This document shows positions 1 through 21,829 of a DNA stretch of 64,000 bases, one piece after another. Numbering within the stretch: position 1 is the stretch's first letter; the number at the start of each line of letters is the position of its first letter. Origin of the DNA: the human T2T-CHM13v2.0 reference genome, Homo sapiens. A model generated the notes under the pieces. It was not told the DNA's origin. It did no database searches and saw nothing but the letters and a program-made list of their open reading frames with translations. The translations under genes were made by a program, and so were the position numbers. Where the stretch lies: NCBI RefSeq assembly GCF_009914755.1, contig NC_060947.1. One strand, given 5' to 3'.

Positions 1-909
1 TTACAGATGAGAAGGTCCCTGGTCCAAAGTCAGACAGGAGCAGAAATGTCAGTCCTGTAATTCTTGACACTCGGAGCTTGCACGTGTGACACGTTTGTAT
101 GCAGACACCTGCCTGAACCTGCACACATGGCTGCTGACATGCATAGACGTGGTTGCATCCCCAACCACGTGTGCCACCACGACACAGGGGTACACCCTTC
201 CCCCAAAACTTACCAAGCAAGTGAAGATGGCCCTATCCCCGTGTAGGGGGAGGCAGGGCTGGCTGCTGCTGATCAGAGAAGGGAAGGCAGGGGTCACCTG
301 GGCTGGGCAGCCCTTGCCAGAGTGTGAAGGGGACCGAGAAGCCCATAGGTTTGCAGCTGTCATTGAATGTGCTCGGCTCACCCAGCTCCCCTCGGCTCTT
401 CTCCGTCTCTCGGTCTGCAGAGGGCGAGGAGAGGAGACGCTCCCGGCTCATTCCAGCGAGCCGTGTGCACGCTGCAGGCGTGGTATGTGAGTAAGCGGCG
501 CGCTTCCAGCTGCTGCCTTATACTTTGAGGGCTGACAGGCCGCCCCCTCCCCGCTAAACAAAACTGTGTAGTGGGGCCGCCCTCACCCACCACTGGCCTC
601 TCTTCACACGGGCATGATTAAGGCAACCAGGACCGCAGCAAGCCCTTCTCAAAAGGAGAGAAATTATGGCTTTTTCTCCACCTCGCCTGACTGCCTTTTC
701 CTAGGGGATCTCCTCTCTCAGACCCACCTCCAACTGGAAATCTACGCAGAGTTAACCCCCTACCTGCCTCAGATAGCCTCACTACAGCACACTCTTGTAA
801 CACTCCAGTGGAGAGTTTGCACCCTAACCATGGGTGCCTGCTTATATTTCCCATTAGGGTCCTGTCTCCCACCTCCACCCCATTCAATACTATCATCCCT
901 GTCTTACCT

Positions 910-1130
910 TTGTATAGTGCTTCATAGCTTTCAAAGCACTTTCCCATGCATGTCTTATTTCACCTTTACCACACCTCATAAGGCAAGTATTAGTAGCTTC
1001 ACTTTAGACACCAGGAGGCTGAAGCTCAGAGAAGATAAGCAAGCTGCCCAAGGTCACACAGTTGATGCATTGGGGTAGAGCAGGTCTACAATCTTCATCT
1101 TTGACTACAAAGCACACTCTTTGTCCACTC
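910..1130. mobile_element. MIR SINE remnant
   Basis: MIR core-like gaggctgaagctcagagaagataagcaagctgcccaaggtcacacag. Confidence 0.7.
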
Positions 1131-1220
1131 TGCCACCCTAATGCCCAGTTGATATCCAGCTCCCCAAAAGGAGGGGGCTGTCATTCTGCTTCTTTTTTCT
1201 TTTAAAAATTATTATTTTCT

Positions 1221-1512
1221 GGCCAGGCACAGTGGCTTATGCCTGTAATCCCGGCACTTTGGGAGGCCGAGGCGGATGGATCACTTGAGGTCAGGAGTTC
1301 GAGATCAGCCTGGCCAACATGGTGCAACTCCGTCTCTACAAAAATACAAAAATTAGCCAGGCGTGGTGGCGCAGGCCTGTAGTCCCAGCTACTCGGGAGG
1401 CTGAGGCAGGAGAATCGCTTGAGGAGGCGGAGGTTGCAGTTAGCCAAGATTGTACCACTGCACTCCAGCCTGGGCAACAGAGAGAGACTCCGTCTCAAAA
1501 AAAAAAAAAAAA
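1221..1512 (+). mobile_element. Alu (S-type) with target-site duplication AAAATTATTATTTTC
   Basis: Dimeric Alu with poly(A) tail and a direct repeat on both flanks. Confidence 0.95.
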
Positions 1513-2124
1513 GTAAAATTATTATTTTCATTTTAGAGACAGGGTCTTGCTATGCTGCCCAGGCTGGAGGGCAGTGACTATTAACAGGTGCAATCATAGC
1601 ACAGTGCAGCCTCGAACTTGTTTTTCTGCTTCTTTTATACCTCCAGAGCACCTGATATAGGACTGGCTCTGTACATGCTGGGCATTCCCAGGCCAGGGTA
1701 ACCAGACAGACCCATGATACAACCTGCCAGCGAATCCCGGAAACTCCAGGACAGGAGACACTTGCAGGCTAATGGTGGTGTGCACCACCAGAGTCTTCGG
1801 CAGCTCACGGCCCTTCTATCTGCCTTAAGTTGCTGGGGCAGAGAGCAGTGCCAAGGCAGAGAGGAAGGAGAACATCCCTCCGTGTAGACCCCAGCTCTTC
1901 CCTCCCCCTCTCCTCTGGGGCTTCAGCGGGTCCGGAGCTCATGAATAAAGCTAATATTGGAACTAGTCGTATACTAGTTGGAGAGGGGCTGTTGTCTAGA
2001 TCCTCCCTTGCAGGGACGGGTTGTGCCAATAGAATGCCCCGAGGCCCCAGCCCTCTCGTGATGGTTGGCTGGAACTAAGGCACCCCCCTCTCTCGCCCTT
2101 TTATGAGTCTCAGCTGATTTCCCT

Positions 2125-2330
2125 GGAGGGCGGCCCCACTAGCCAGCGCCCCCAACCCGCTACCGGACTCCCTCACTATACCTGGGCCCCGCCCCAACTG
2201 TCCTCAGGGGCGGGGCCAGCCCTAGGGCAAGCTGGGGCAGGAAGTGGTTGCAATTACACACACTCCCGCCCCGCACTGGCTGCCACTGCCAGAGTGACAA
2301 TGCTAACTCGGCCGGCCCCAAACGTCAGGG
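2125..2330. promoter_or_regulatory. Small GC-box/ETS-rich candidate cis-regulatory element
   Basis: Several Sp/KLF boxes (ccccgcccc, ggggcgggg, cccgcccc), CAGGAAGT ETS site, TTGCAAT, local CpG retention. Confidence 0.45.
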
Positions 2331-2893
2331 CAAGGGCTAAGAAGAGGACTCAACCAGAGAAGCTCCTGGGCTGGAACGAAGCTCTTTTCCTGAGAGAAGG
2401 GAGTTTCCGAGGTTAGGCTTGGTTGGAAGCCTCAGCGGATTGTTGGTCACATCCAGAGATGAAGGGAGGGGGTCGTGGGTCTCCTTCCCCACCCAGACAT
2501 GGCAGTCACTCACACCGTCATCTCTTTTTAACCTGGCCACTAGCTGACAGCAGCTTTTCCTAGCTGCTTGGGCCCCCTGCTCGCAACTGCCAAGACAGAC
2601 AGCTCTGATCCCTCCTACCAGGGGAAGATGGGCTTTGATTCTCTACTACTGCAAACCACCACAGCACAGTGGTTTCTATATCCCCTACTCCTCCTTCGTT
2701 TCTTAGGCATTCCCATCTGGGGCGGCTCTGGGCCAGGTGGAGAGCGTGACTGGTATGGCCACAGCTATGGGCTGAGAACCATGTAGAGAGAGGGATGGAT
2801 GGGGGAATTCGAGAATGTTTGGGTGGGATGACTTCAGAACTCTCTGGGTTGGGCTTTCACTGAAAGCATCATTAGCTCAAAAAATTGGGGCTA

Positions 2894-3870
<977 letters not shown>

Positions 3871-4174
3871 GTGGGGAATCCTCTTTTCCCTTCCCCAGCA
3901 TCTTCTTCTGCAAGCCTAGGTTCCTATGTCTGCACTTTTTGAAGCATGAACTTAGCGCTTACCTCCCAGCTTCAGAGCCCCATTTCACATCCTCCTAATA
4001 GCTTCAGGGAACCCTCCTTTCCTTGTTCTATTGAAATTGCCCCCCTTCTCCGGTGGCAGGCCTGCTCAATTTGCTGAGGTGGGCTGGGGCTCACTTTGGG
4101 GCTGCCTAAAACGGAGGCTTTCCCCTCCTCACTCTGCAGGAGTCAAAGGCTTGGCATCCCAGCTTGGGGGGCTA

Positions 4175-4774
<600 letters not shown>

Positions 4775-5027
4775 TTAGCAGAGGGCAGGAGGGCCTCCTG
4801 GTCCTGCCTTAGCCTTGCTTCACTCGCACTGGAGATAGAGATCACAATCAGAAGATTGTCTTTGAATATGAAGGACGACGACAGGACCCAGGATCAAATA
4901 AAGGAATAGGGATGGAAGTGTTTTGTAAACTATTAAGTTGTGTACAGATGTGAGGGATTACTACTATTATTAATATGCATTATAAAATTGCATTTTTCTC
5001 CCATGGATCTGGTTTATCCAATAGTGT

Positions 5028-5584
5028 TCTTTTTTTTTTTTTTTTTGAGACGGAGTCTCGCTCTATCGCCCAGGCTGGAGTGCAGTGGCGCGATCTTGGC
5101 TCAGTGCAAGCCCCGCCTCCTGAGTTCACACCATTCTCCTGCCTCAGCCTCCCCAATAGCTGGGACTACAGGCACCTGCCACCAAGCCCGGCTAATTTTT
5201 TGTATTTTTAGTAGAGACAGGGTTTCACCGTGTTAGCCAGGATGGTCTCGATCTCCTGACCTCGTGATCCGCCCGCCTCGGCCTCCCAAAGTGCTGGGAT
5301 TACAGGCGTGACCACCGCGCCCGGCCTCCAATATTCTTCTTCTTCTTTGTCTTCTTTTTTTTTGAGATGGAGTCTCGCTCTGTCACCCAGGCTGGAGTGC
5401 AGTGGTGCAATCTCGGCTCACTGCAAACCCCGCCTCCTGGGTTCACGCCATTCTCCTGCCTCAGCCTCCCGAGACGGGGTTTCACCGTATTAGCCAGGAT
5501 GGTCTCAATCTCTTGACTTCGTGATCTGCCCGCCTCGGCCTCCCAAAGTGCTGGGATTACAGGCGTGAGCTACCACGCCCGGCC
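5028..5584 (-). mobile_element. Two tandem AluY-like elements, the second with an internal deletion
   Basis: AluY-type diagnostics (ccattctcctg, ttagccaggatggtctc); TSD ccaatattcttctt around the second. Confidence 0.9.
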
Positions 5585-6440
5585 CCCAATATTCTTCTTA
5601 ATGCAGGAGCATGACAGAGGCAGGTTAGCCCTGGGAATTTGGAGCTCCAGGTGAAGCCTTGTGTGTGGGTCTGTGTGTGAGAGAGAGAAAGAGAGAAACA
5701 TGTCTTGCTGTATCTGTACCCTCAATATCTAGAACAAACCAGAGAAAGGAGCTCAAGTGCTTACTGTCTGCCCATTGAATGGCTGATGGAATGAAATCAG
5801 GGAGGGGTGCTCCAACCCTTTGGCCTCCTCTGTTGCTGCTATAGTACTGATTTTGTACAGATGGATCTCAGCTCCTTTCAGCTGCAGGAATCATGTCCTA
5901 CAAACCCAGTCTCCCAAGTGCTGCTGAGTCCCTGCAAGTCTGTGGCAGCAGGTCACTGTACCCCTGGATGTCTCTGTCACAACTAGAGGCTTGGTGTTCA
6001 GAGGCTCAGCACACAGCCAAGGCCATTCACACCACAGATTATTGCTATTTGAGTCTTTTCAAGGGCCTTCAGGATCCTGCAAAGCCTTGGAACCGTTCTG
6101 AACATCAATCAACAAACAAATGGGGTCATGGATGGGGAAGCACTTTGTGACCCGCAAAGCCCCATACAAATGTAAGGGATTATTGCATTGTATTGCAAAA
6201 AAAAGCATTCCGATTCTTTGAAGATTGTAGTTATATGGGTTTTGGCACGCAGGAGTCTACTGCATTATAAAATGTGTTTGTGTGGGAGTGCCTGTCGTGC
6301 GTGTGCATGTTCAGGGTTAGGATCTGTACATAGAAACCTACCTGGCCAAATGGCACATACAAAGGGTCACTTAGACCACACAAAGCCGATATTGGTGAGT
6401 TATCAAGAATTCCCTGCCCCTCTATCTTTTTCAATATGCT

Positions 6441-6743
6441 TTTTTTTTTTTTTTTTTTTTTTGAGACGGACCCTTGCTCTGTCTCCCAGGCTGGAGTGCA
6501 GTGGCACGATCTCAGCTCACTGCAACTTCTGCCTCTGGGTTCAAGCGATTCTTCTGCCTCAGTCTCCCGAGTAGCTGGGACTACAGGCGCACGCCACCAC
6601 ACCCGGCTAATTTTTGTATTTTTTTAGTGGAGACGGGGTTTCACCATATTGGCCAGGTTGGTCTCGAACTCCTGACCTCCTGATCTACCGTCCTTGGCTT
6701 CCCAAAGTGCTGGGATTACAGGCGTGAGCCACCGCGCCCGGCC
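6441..6743 (-). mobile_element. Alu with TSD tcaatatgcttt
   Basis: Full dimer with direct repeats at both ends. Confidence 0.95.
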
Positions 6744-7603
6744 TCAATATGCTTTTATATAGGTGCTCTCGTTGGATTCTCCCCACAACACTATGCCACT
6801 GTTAAGTTTCCCTGAGTTGAGTTTATTCCAATAAAGTACACAGTGAGCTTGGAGGAATCTACTTTTGAGACTTGCAGGCGCTGAGAACTTCGCCTGGGAG
6901 AAATTTTCAGGCAGAGAAAAACATGGTCTGTGTAGGTCCTGGCAGGACACTCCAGACCCATGCCAACTTCCCTCCATTCTCTGTCCCCACAGAGCAGCTC
7001 TACAACGCCTCCATGATGACCTCCAGACCAAGAAGAAGGCTCTCTTTCAGTCAGACATTCAGTCAACAAACACATACTGAACGCTTTCCTATTGGTGCCA
7101 GGCTTTCTGCTAGGTCCTGGCACTACAGAGATGAAGAAGCCTTCACTGCTCCTCATTCACCCCTCACCTCTCCAGCCACAGGTTTCGTGGCATCTTTCCC
7201 CCTTCAAGGCTCGCCTTGATGTTCATTTTATTCTACTAAGCGAAGGCAGGGCTAATGGTTTTGAATCCAGCCTGGTTATTCGGTCTCTGATGGAGCAACA
7301 AGGGACCCTTTTGGAGAGGGCAACACTCAGAACATCAAATGGGGCTCTCAGCCATGGGCTGTGGGTATCACAAAACTCCAGAGGAAATGCAAGCCTGTTT
7401 AGGTTGCTTTTTGTCCACACCTTTGAAAATTCAGGAGATAAAATCATGCAATCGGCCTTGTGTTGAGACAGCATTTTCACCTCAGCTTCAGGTCTGGAAG
7501 GCCTCTCTGGTAAGTCCAGCACAGGCTGTCACATTTTTTGGGGGCAGTTAAGGGGCTCTATTTTTGGCCCCCAAGACATAGCCATGTGCATCCTTAGTGG
7601 TGA

Positions 7604-8910
<1,307 letters not shown>

Positions 8911-9356
8911 GGAATTTTCTAATTTACTAAAGGTTAACCTCCAAATCATTTTTTTTTTGTTTAGATGGTTGGTGTGAAAAATCTAACATGCGTGTGCTCA
9001 CTTTCTGGATTGTCAGTAGAGTCTACTGAGCAACTTGATGGAATCTCTCTTTGTTGAGTGAGTGTCTGGCAGGGATTTGCAATCAATGGATCCCAAACTG
9101 GGATCCAACCCATAAAAGTCTGTAGGAAAGTCTATGAATTATGTTTGGTATTTTATAGTCTAGTGAAACCATACATGAACCTGGATGAAGCCTCACAGGT
9201 TAATGACAACATCAAGTGATTTTTGGCTTTGGCTGAGATTATATGACTTCAATGTGGCTAGCTCAGGCTGATCTAATGTTCTGATGCAGTTTTATATGTA
9301 TCTTATAAATTTTTAACTGACAAATTAAGCATTACTTGGAAATATATCCTGTTTAA

Positions 9357-13170
<3,814 letters not shown>

Positions 13171-13660
13171 TATAACTGTGTCAAATGGGGTCCATGAAGG
13201 GAAAGAAATAATAAAAACCCTCGGTAGTGAAACGTTTGGGGATCTATGGTAAAGACGAAAAGGAAAAAAGTGCTTAATGTCCTTCAAGATGTAGTCCCAG
13301 AACCCACTGGTTCTAGAATTTACTGTAGAGACTGTTTGAAATGCAAAGTACGAGGCACCACCCCAACCTATTCAATAAAACCCTAAGTGGGACAGTGTCT
13401 TGGAATGTAAATTTTAAGGAGCTGTCCTGGGTGATTGTGATGTACATTAAAGTTTGAGAAAATTTGGTAAGAGTATAGACTGAATGTGTGCTAAAGGCAG
13501 AACATTCATTACCTAGATTGTAAAGAAAAGAAAAAAAATCCAAATCCCAGGTTTTACCTTGTTTTTAAATCATCTTTTAACTTTCAGCACAAAATGGACA
13601 ATTCCTGTGGAGCTCTTGCAGTTTAATGAGCAAGAACAGACACACAAGAATACATATAAA

Positions 13661-13693
13661 CACACATCACACACACACACATACCACACACAC

Positions 13694-13740
<47 letters not shown>
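13661..13740 (+). repeat. Compound (CA)n-(GA)20 microsatellite
   Basis: Interrupted CA run followed by perfect GA at 13701-13740. Confidence 0.95.
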
Positions 13741-13745
<5 letters not shown>

Positions 13746-14674
13746 GAAATAAGAATGGTATCTTTACTGAGTTATCTATAGCTCGTGACACTATGTGCTT
13801 ACTCTCTGCTGTTAATGCTGGAAGCTCTATGCTGGGCCACGTGGAGGACACAGGAAAACGTGGCCCTTGCTGTCCAGATATTTACAAATTCTAAGAGACA
13901 AGATGGCTACACTGGGGTGTCTGTGGGTGGTTGGTTTGAGAAGTGTGGTGTGTGTGGGGACAGAGGATTGATAGAAGGCATGGTGGGCAGGACTTGAGGG
14001 GACCCATGCTCCTACTGCTCCTCGTGAATGCCTACTTGTCAGTCAATCCCAAAGTATTCATGGAGTGCGGTCTGCGCAAATGCTGCCAGGCATTATGGGG
14101 AATGCTGACTTCTATGACAAGGTGCCTGCTCTCAGATGGGGCCATCTAACTAAGGCACAGGCACAGAAGAGTGCTAAACTGTGCACTACTTACCTACGGG
14201 GCCAAGAGTTCAGGGACGAGAGGACTTCTCAGAGGCAAAGGCATTATCCTAAAGCTTCATGTAGGTGGGGCTCAAAGGATTTGGCCAGGTGGAGGGGAGC
14301 TCAGGTGTAGGTACATGAAACAGATCAAGAATGATGTAAGTGGGTTCTGCAAGGCACCTCAGTCCCTGCTAACATCCCTAAGCCTGTACAGAATCACCAC
14401 CACAGCAAGTGAAAAGCAGTACCCCAAAGTCAGTGGAATTTGTTGAGTACCCACTAACGTGGGCCACTAAAATGGGTGCTGTTCTTCAATATTTAGCCTC
14501 TTTGGGGCAAGAGGTAATAATTTTGCTGAAAGTTCTTGCTAAATTTTATTCTATTCTCCTTCCCAAAAATACATCTCTTTTTCTTTATGTTCAGGTTGTG
14601 GGTTTTATTCCTAGGCTTAAATGAAGCAGGCGCTCTCAAGTTCTGAACTTTAAAAATTCCTTATTTTTTTAAAC

Positions 14675-15045
14675 TACTATGGAGCATCTACTGGGTGCCA
14701 GGCACTGTTCTAAGTGCTTAACATACAAGAACTCATGTGATCTTTATAACGTTTGCTTCTTCTTCTTCTTTTTTATATACAGAGATGAGTTTCACCATAT
14801 TGCCCAGGCTGATCTTGAACTCCTGACTTCAACTGTTCCCCCCGCCTTGGCCACACAAAGCATTGGGATTACGGGCTTCAGCCACCGCGCCTGGCCCTTA
14901 TAACGTTTTCAGGAGGTACTTATTAGCCCCCATTTCACAAATGAGGGAATTGAGGCTCAGAGAAAAGTATGCAAGGCAATAGCGCTAGGAAGTGGTGGAG
15001 CCAGTATTCAAACCATGTCTGTCTAACTTCAGAGATTGTGTGCTT
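14675..15045. mobile_element. MIR interrupted by an Alu monomer (-; TSD ttataacgttt)
   Basis: MIR core ccccatttcacaaatgagggaattgaggctcagaga; Alu left arm at ~14760-14897. Confidence 0.75.
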
Positions 15046-15310
15046 AATCACTGAGTGGGAAGAGAAAGACTAAAAGAGACCCAGACTTTAAAATGAGTCT
15101 TTGGCAAGAAGGGAAGTCAAGTCTGGGCCTCAGCTTCTCCACTGTAAAACAAGTCCTACTATGTGCCAAGGTGGGAGGTCTTGGGGGGAGATGAAGGAGG
15201 CTGTGATACACAGATGAGAAATACTGAGTCCTTTTATCCAAGGAACTTAAAATCTAGTCGGAGAGATAGACAGGCAGAGTGTGGAAGTGCTAACTAAAGG
15301 GACAAGCTAA

Positions 15311-16985
<1,675 letters not shown>

Positions 16986-17941
16986 TAATAATTTTTAAGA
17001 AAGAACTTTGTTTAGAGCCTAGGAGTCTCAGGGAAGAGGAGAGTGGTCAGCAAGCTGAAGGGCTTGACCCGGTGAGGCCTCTGGGTTGATTTCAGCCCCT
17101 TTCCTCATTTTCACTCCTTTGGCTATAAAATCCAAAAAAGTTGTTGGTTGTTTACAGAGTTCAGTTTAACCGGACATGCTGTCTCCCCATCCACACCTGG
17201 GGCTCTAAGAGGGCAGAGACCAGGCCATTTGTTCTCTGGGAGCCAGCACTTAGTATCCAGTACTCTGTAGGCAGCTGGAATGTATCTACCTTAGCAACCC
17301 TTCTTGCAAAAAAGGCTCATGCCTTTGAAATTTACTAATAACAAATAGAGGCAAAGACTCCTCCCCTACCCCGCTTGTCCTCTGAAACATAAAGTGAAAC
17401 ACTAGAGAGCTCACAGTGTAACACATGTAACACATGGTCACTCTTTCCTGCAGTTTGCACAGCTCTTTCTGTTCCCCCGCACCCCCCCGCCCCACAACCC
17501 GTTCCCTTTCAAGACGGGTAACTTAGAATGAGCCCTTTGGCAGTCCTGAGAGCCTAACTTCCAAAACTAACTTCACCTTCAATTGATTGAGGTGCAGGGA
17601 ACAAAGGGACAACTAGAAGCTTCAAATTTGCTTCATTCTATAACTCTAAAGATCTAAACCACTGGAATTTTTTTTTGGGCGGGGAGGAGGTGGGGGCATA
17701 GGGCTGAGCTGTTTTACCAGCGAGACAAGGGCTCTGATCACAGAACAAAGCAGAGGATTAAACTAATTGCCCTATGGATTTAGTTAGAGGTTGGTTTGGG
17801 GCCTAAATTACCCTGGGACCCCCCAGATGTCCTGCTTTATCTAGTAAGTTTCAGGAGGGCAGGGCCCAGGCCCATGTCACCCTTAGGTCTCTGTGCTACA
17901 CCTAGGGAGGTTGGTGATGCTGACACTGATAACTCCTGCAT

Positions 17942-18274
<333 letters not shown>

Positions 18275-18639
18275 TTATGGTATACAAAACTCTTTCCTGT
18301 CCATACCTCATTGCTCACGGGATGTTCCTGTGAGGGAGGTAGGGCAGGTGCATTGATATCCATATTTAAGAGGTAAAGAGAAGACCCAAAATACAGTCCG
18401 TAGTATCAGGCTGGCACTACTCAGTCAAATGTCAGGGATTGCTTGAGGTCCCATTGCTAGCTATGGATAAGGAAGGACTAGGACCTGGTTCTTAGAACTT
18501 TCCCAAACAACCCTCTTTCCATTACACCAAGCTGCCTCTCTGAGAGTCCAGGCCTGGGTCAGTAGATGTTACTGATGGGAGAAATAATTAAGAAAAGCAA
18601 TCTGCGTGAAAAAGACTATTTTGGCATTACATGGAGGCG

Positions 18640-18870
18640 CTATACCATACTGAAAAGAACCCTGGATGTAGAGTTAGAATTACTGGGGTTGAGTCCTGGC
18701 TCAGGAACTCACTAGCCATGCAATCTTGAGCAAGCCACTCACAGATGCACATAGACTCAGTTTCCTCAATTACAACATGGAGAGTTATAGTGAGAAACAA
18801 ATGAAATAACACAAGTGAAAGAGTTTTGTAAACAATCCAATGCTGTACAAAGGTAGGTATTATTATTATG
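18640..18870. mobile_element. MIR remnant
   Basis: ctcagtttcctcaattacaacatggaga... core. Confidence 0.7.
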
Positions 18871-19405
18871 GTTATGTCATGGTTCTAGCCTCAAATAAAA
18901 TAATCATTAATATCTACATTCTTCGCAAGGTTTCCCACAGCTCTCCCCACCCTGCTCCTTGGTTTCTCATCATCTCCTGTAGGGCAGGAAGCCTGGCCCC
19001 CAACAGGAAAGGGCTCAGAGGAGCTAGAGCTTCAACCAGGAAATAATCATCTTGCCCCAACCTTCGTTTCGCCAGATAAATGAGGCAGCCAAATGGTGAG
19101 ACACAGACTAGTGCAAATCGAGGTGTTCAGGATCTGTTTCGGCCTCAAACCAAGGAGCAAAGTAGCCCTAAAGCCCTAAGGGCTTTCAAGAAGTGGAGAT
19201 TTAGTAATTTCTGGGTTAATTAAAATCAGCGATGACAGTAAATTCAACTTAAAGCAGAATTGGTGGGATCTGCATCATCAGGCCCCATAGAGGCGATTTT
19301 CTCCTTAATCATGCATTTTGAGTTCATATATTGATTGGCTTAAACAGATCATTTCCAAATCTTCACGTTCCCCTTGATGCAACTTAGGCCAAATATTTTT
19401 TAAGG

Positions 19406-19445
19406 GGTGTGTGTGGGTGTGTGTGTGTGTGTGTGCATGTGGTGT
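19406..19445 (+). repeat. (TG)n microsatellite
   Basis: Interrupted gt run. Confidence 0.85.
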
Positions 19446-21099
19446 GCAGGAGTAGGGGTGGGGTGCATGAGAGGTTAGGAGTGGCCAAGTAGAATGTCTT
19501 GAGGAGAGGTTCCCAAAGCAAAATAAAATGGCCAGCGCCTTGTCCACGTTGCTGGCAATAGCTTTTGAGGGTGGTGAGGACAAGCAAGAGGGGTCCTAGA
19601 ACACCAGGCCTCAGGCAACAGAAAAGCCACTGCAGCCTTAGATAACTTGCTCCAATGCTCACCCACATCCCTCACACCAGGTGAGGGAGACATACCAGGC
19701 AAGTCTCAACTGCCATCTCTAAAGTACTTCCAAAGGAGAGAAGGGACATCGGAGCTGAGAGATGGAACCTCTGGGCCTAGCAGAAGCGAGGTGGAGTGGG
19801 GAGGAGGAGGAGGAAGACATTAATCTGGCAGGGCTTCCTTCTAGTCCAAATGACCCTCTGACTTCCTCAGCATGGATAAATATATAACAAATAATATCAA
19901 TATATCTGCACATAAAGACTTTTTTCGAATTCCTGCTATTCATTTCAAATTCCGTTTACAAAGCACTGAATCCTCCAGGAACTGCTGGGCACCTCCCCTA
20001 ATACCCTCTAGGCTGAGGCGATGCCTTTGAAGTCCCTGTCATGGGCTCAGGGCTGGAGCTGCTAAGAAACACCCTAAGACTGAGAGCAAATCGGCCGGCA
20101 GCTTCAGCTCCTTCGCAAGCTGCTAGCTGCTAGCTGCTCTCCTCGGAGTCAATGTAAAGTCATGAGAGTTCGAATGTGGACCGCAAGCTTCTCAGCCCTT
20201 CAGTCCCAGGGATGGCCTGGGATGTAAACACACACGACGGTTTATTCCTTTGGCCAGGCAGAGAGTCGTTAGGGTAAAGGGTAAGGGTCAAGGGAGCTCG
20301 GATTGGTGACTGAGGAGCCCAAGGAAAGCCGGCAGAAGCCGAGTCCTCTAGAGCTGGGCTTTTGGCTCTGAATCGTGCAGGCTTCCCACTTTACACAGAC
20401 CTTTCATCCCCTTCCTCCTTCTTCCTCACTCGGGTCTCTCGCCACCGACCCCTACCCCCCCGCCTCCATCCCCAGATGCCTCCACGCCCAGGTGGTGTTA
20501 CCCACTGAGGGTGGCCCAGGGGGTTTGCAGCCGGGGGAGGTTGCCACCAAGGGTGGGCCGCCCTGGAGACGAGAGGCAAGGCGGCGAGCCCTGGCATTTT
20601 CCTTTCCCCAGCACCTGTCCCACTTCGGCGCCGGGGCTGGGGCTGCGCCCGCGGGCGGCCTCGGAGCTTGAGCGCCAGAACCACGCACTGAGGTCGCCCA
20701 GGGTGGGGAAGTGGGGGGCCGGGGGAGGGGCGGGGCATCCGGCGGGGAGGTCTCCCCCACCGCATGCAAGACCCTTTGCCCCCCCACAACATACACTGAG
20801 GCTAAAACGGGGATGAGAGTCACACAGAGCAGGAGCGAAATCTTTCGCTCTCCGACCCGAACGGCGCGTTGCTCGACCCCCCCCTTCCTGGAGCCAGGGG
20901 CTGGCCGAGGAAGGTGGCTCCGTTCTTCCCCCGTGGCCAGTGCGGGGTCTGCGGCTGCCCGGCGAGGTTCCGGCTTCCCCGGGACTGGCAGGGGGAGCCC
21001 CGAGAACTGCAGGCCCGCCCCCCCTTCCTCCTCCTCCTTCCCCTCCTCCCCCACGTGTCCTCCCTGAGCCCAGCAGCCTGATCCCAGCACCCCCCGCCA

Positions 21100-21180
21100 C
21101 CTCCCTCCTCCCGCTTCGCCCGCTTCCCCGGCGGCGTGGAGAAGAGCAAAGTTGCGACAGCGGCCGGGGGCTCTGCCCAG
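21100..21180 (+). other. BCORL1: Candidate alternative upstream non-coding first exon (start approximate)
   Basis: Donor CAG|GTAAAG after 21180 inside the CpG island. Confidence 0.4.
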
Positions 21181-21829
21181 GTAAAGGGGGCGCCGTGAGG
21201 CGGGGGTGGTGGGGGAACGGTGCGGCCCTGCGGCGGGGGCGGGGGGAGGATAAAGAAACTTGCTTCCCGCGGCCCCCACCCCGCGTGGGTTCCGATCTTG
21301 CGTGGAACGAGCCCGCGTGGCGAGTCGCGGCAACACTGCCGGGACCGAGGCCGGCACCTGGACCCGGACCCGGACCGCGCGCTTGGGCCGGCTCGGCGGG
21401 CGCAGGCAGCGGGCCAGGCCAGCACCCAGGCAAGGGCGGGGTGGGTGGCCGTACACCGGACCGAATCGGGGACTCCGGTGGCGTGGGCGCGGGCCGAACC
21501 CCGACCGGGCCGAGTTGGGTGGCGAAGTAGGACGTGGATTCGGGGGCGGGGCGCGGCGGGAGGGGGAAACCAGGCCTGGCCAGACTGGCCTGGGCGTGGG
21601 GGCGGGGGGCGAGTTCGGGGCACTTGCTGGGCTCTGGACCGAGCGGTAGGGCGGGGCGGCGCTAGGGGCTGGGCCGGACCCGCAGGGAGAGGGCGAGGGG
21701 AGGGAGAGCCGGGGGTGGAGTAGGGGCGTGGAGTTGTGAGCGGGGTCTGGCCTCGGCCGGGGGCGAAGGTAGATCGGCGGGGCCGCGAGCGGAGGGAGGG
21801 AGGCCCGCGGCGGCGCGGCGGCAGCGAAG

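Noticed and set aside
17415-17440. acacatgtaacacatggtc as a p53 response element
   Set aside because: The CATG cores are 9 rather than 10 bp apart and the flanks break RRRCWWGYYY.
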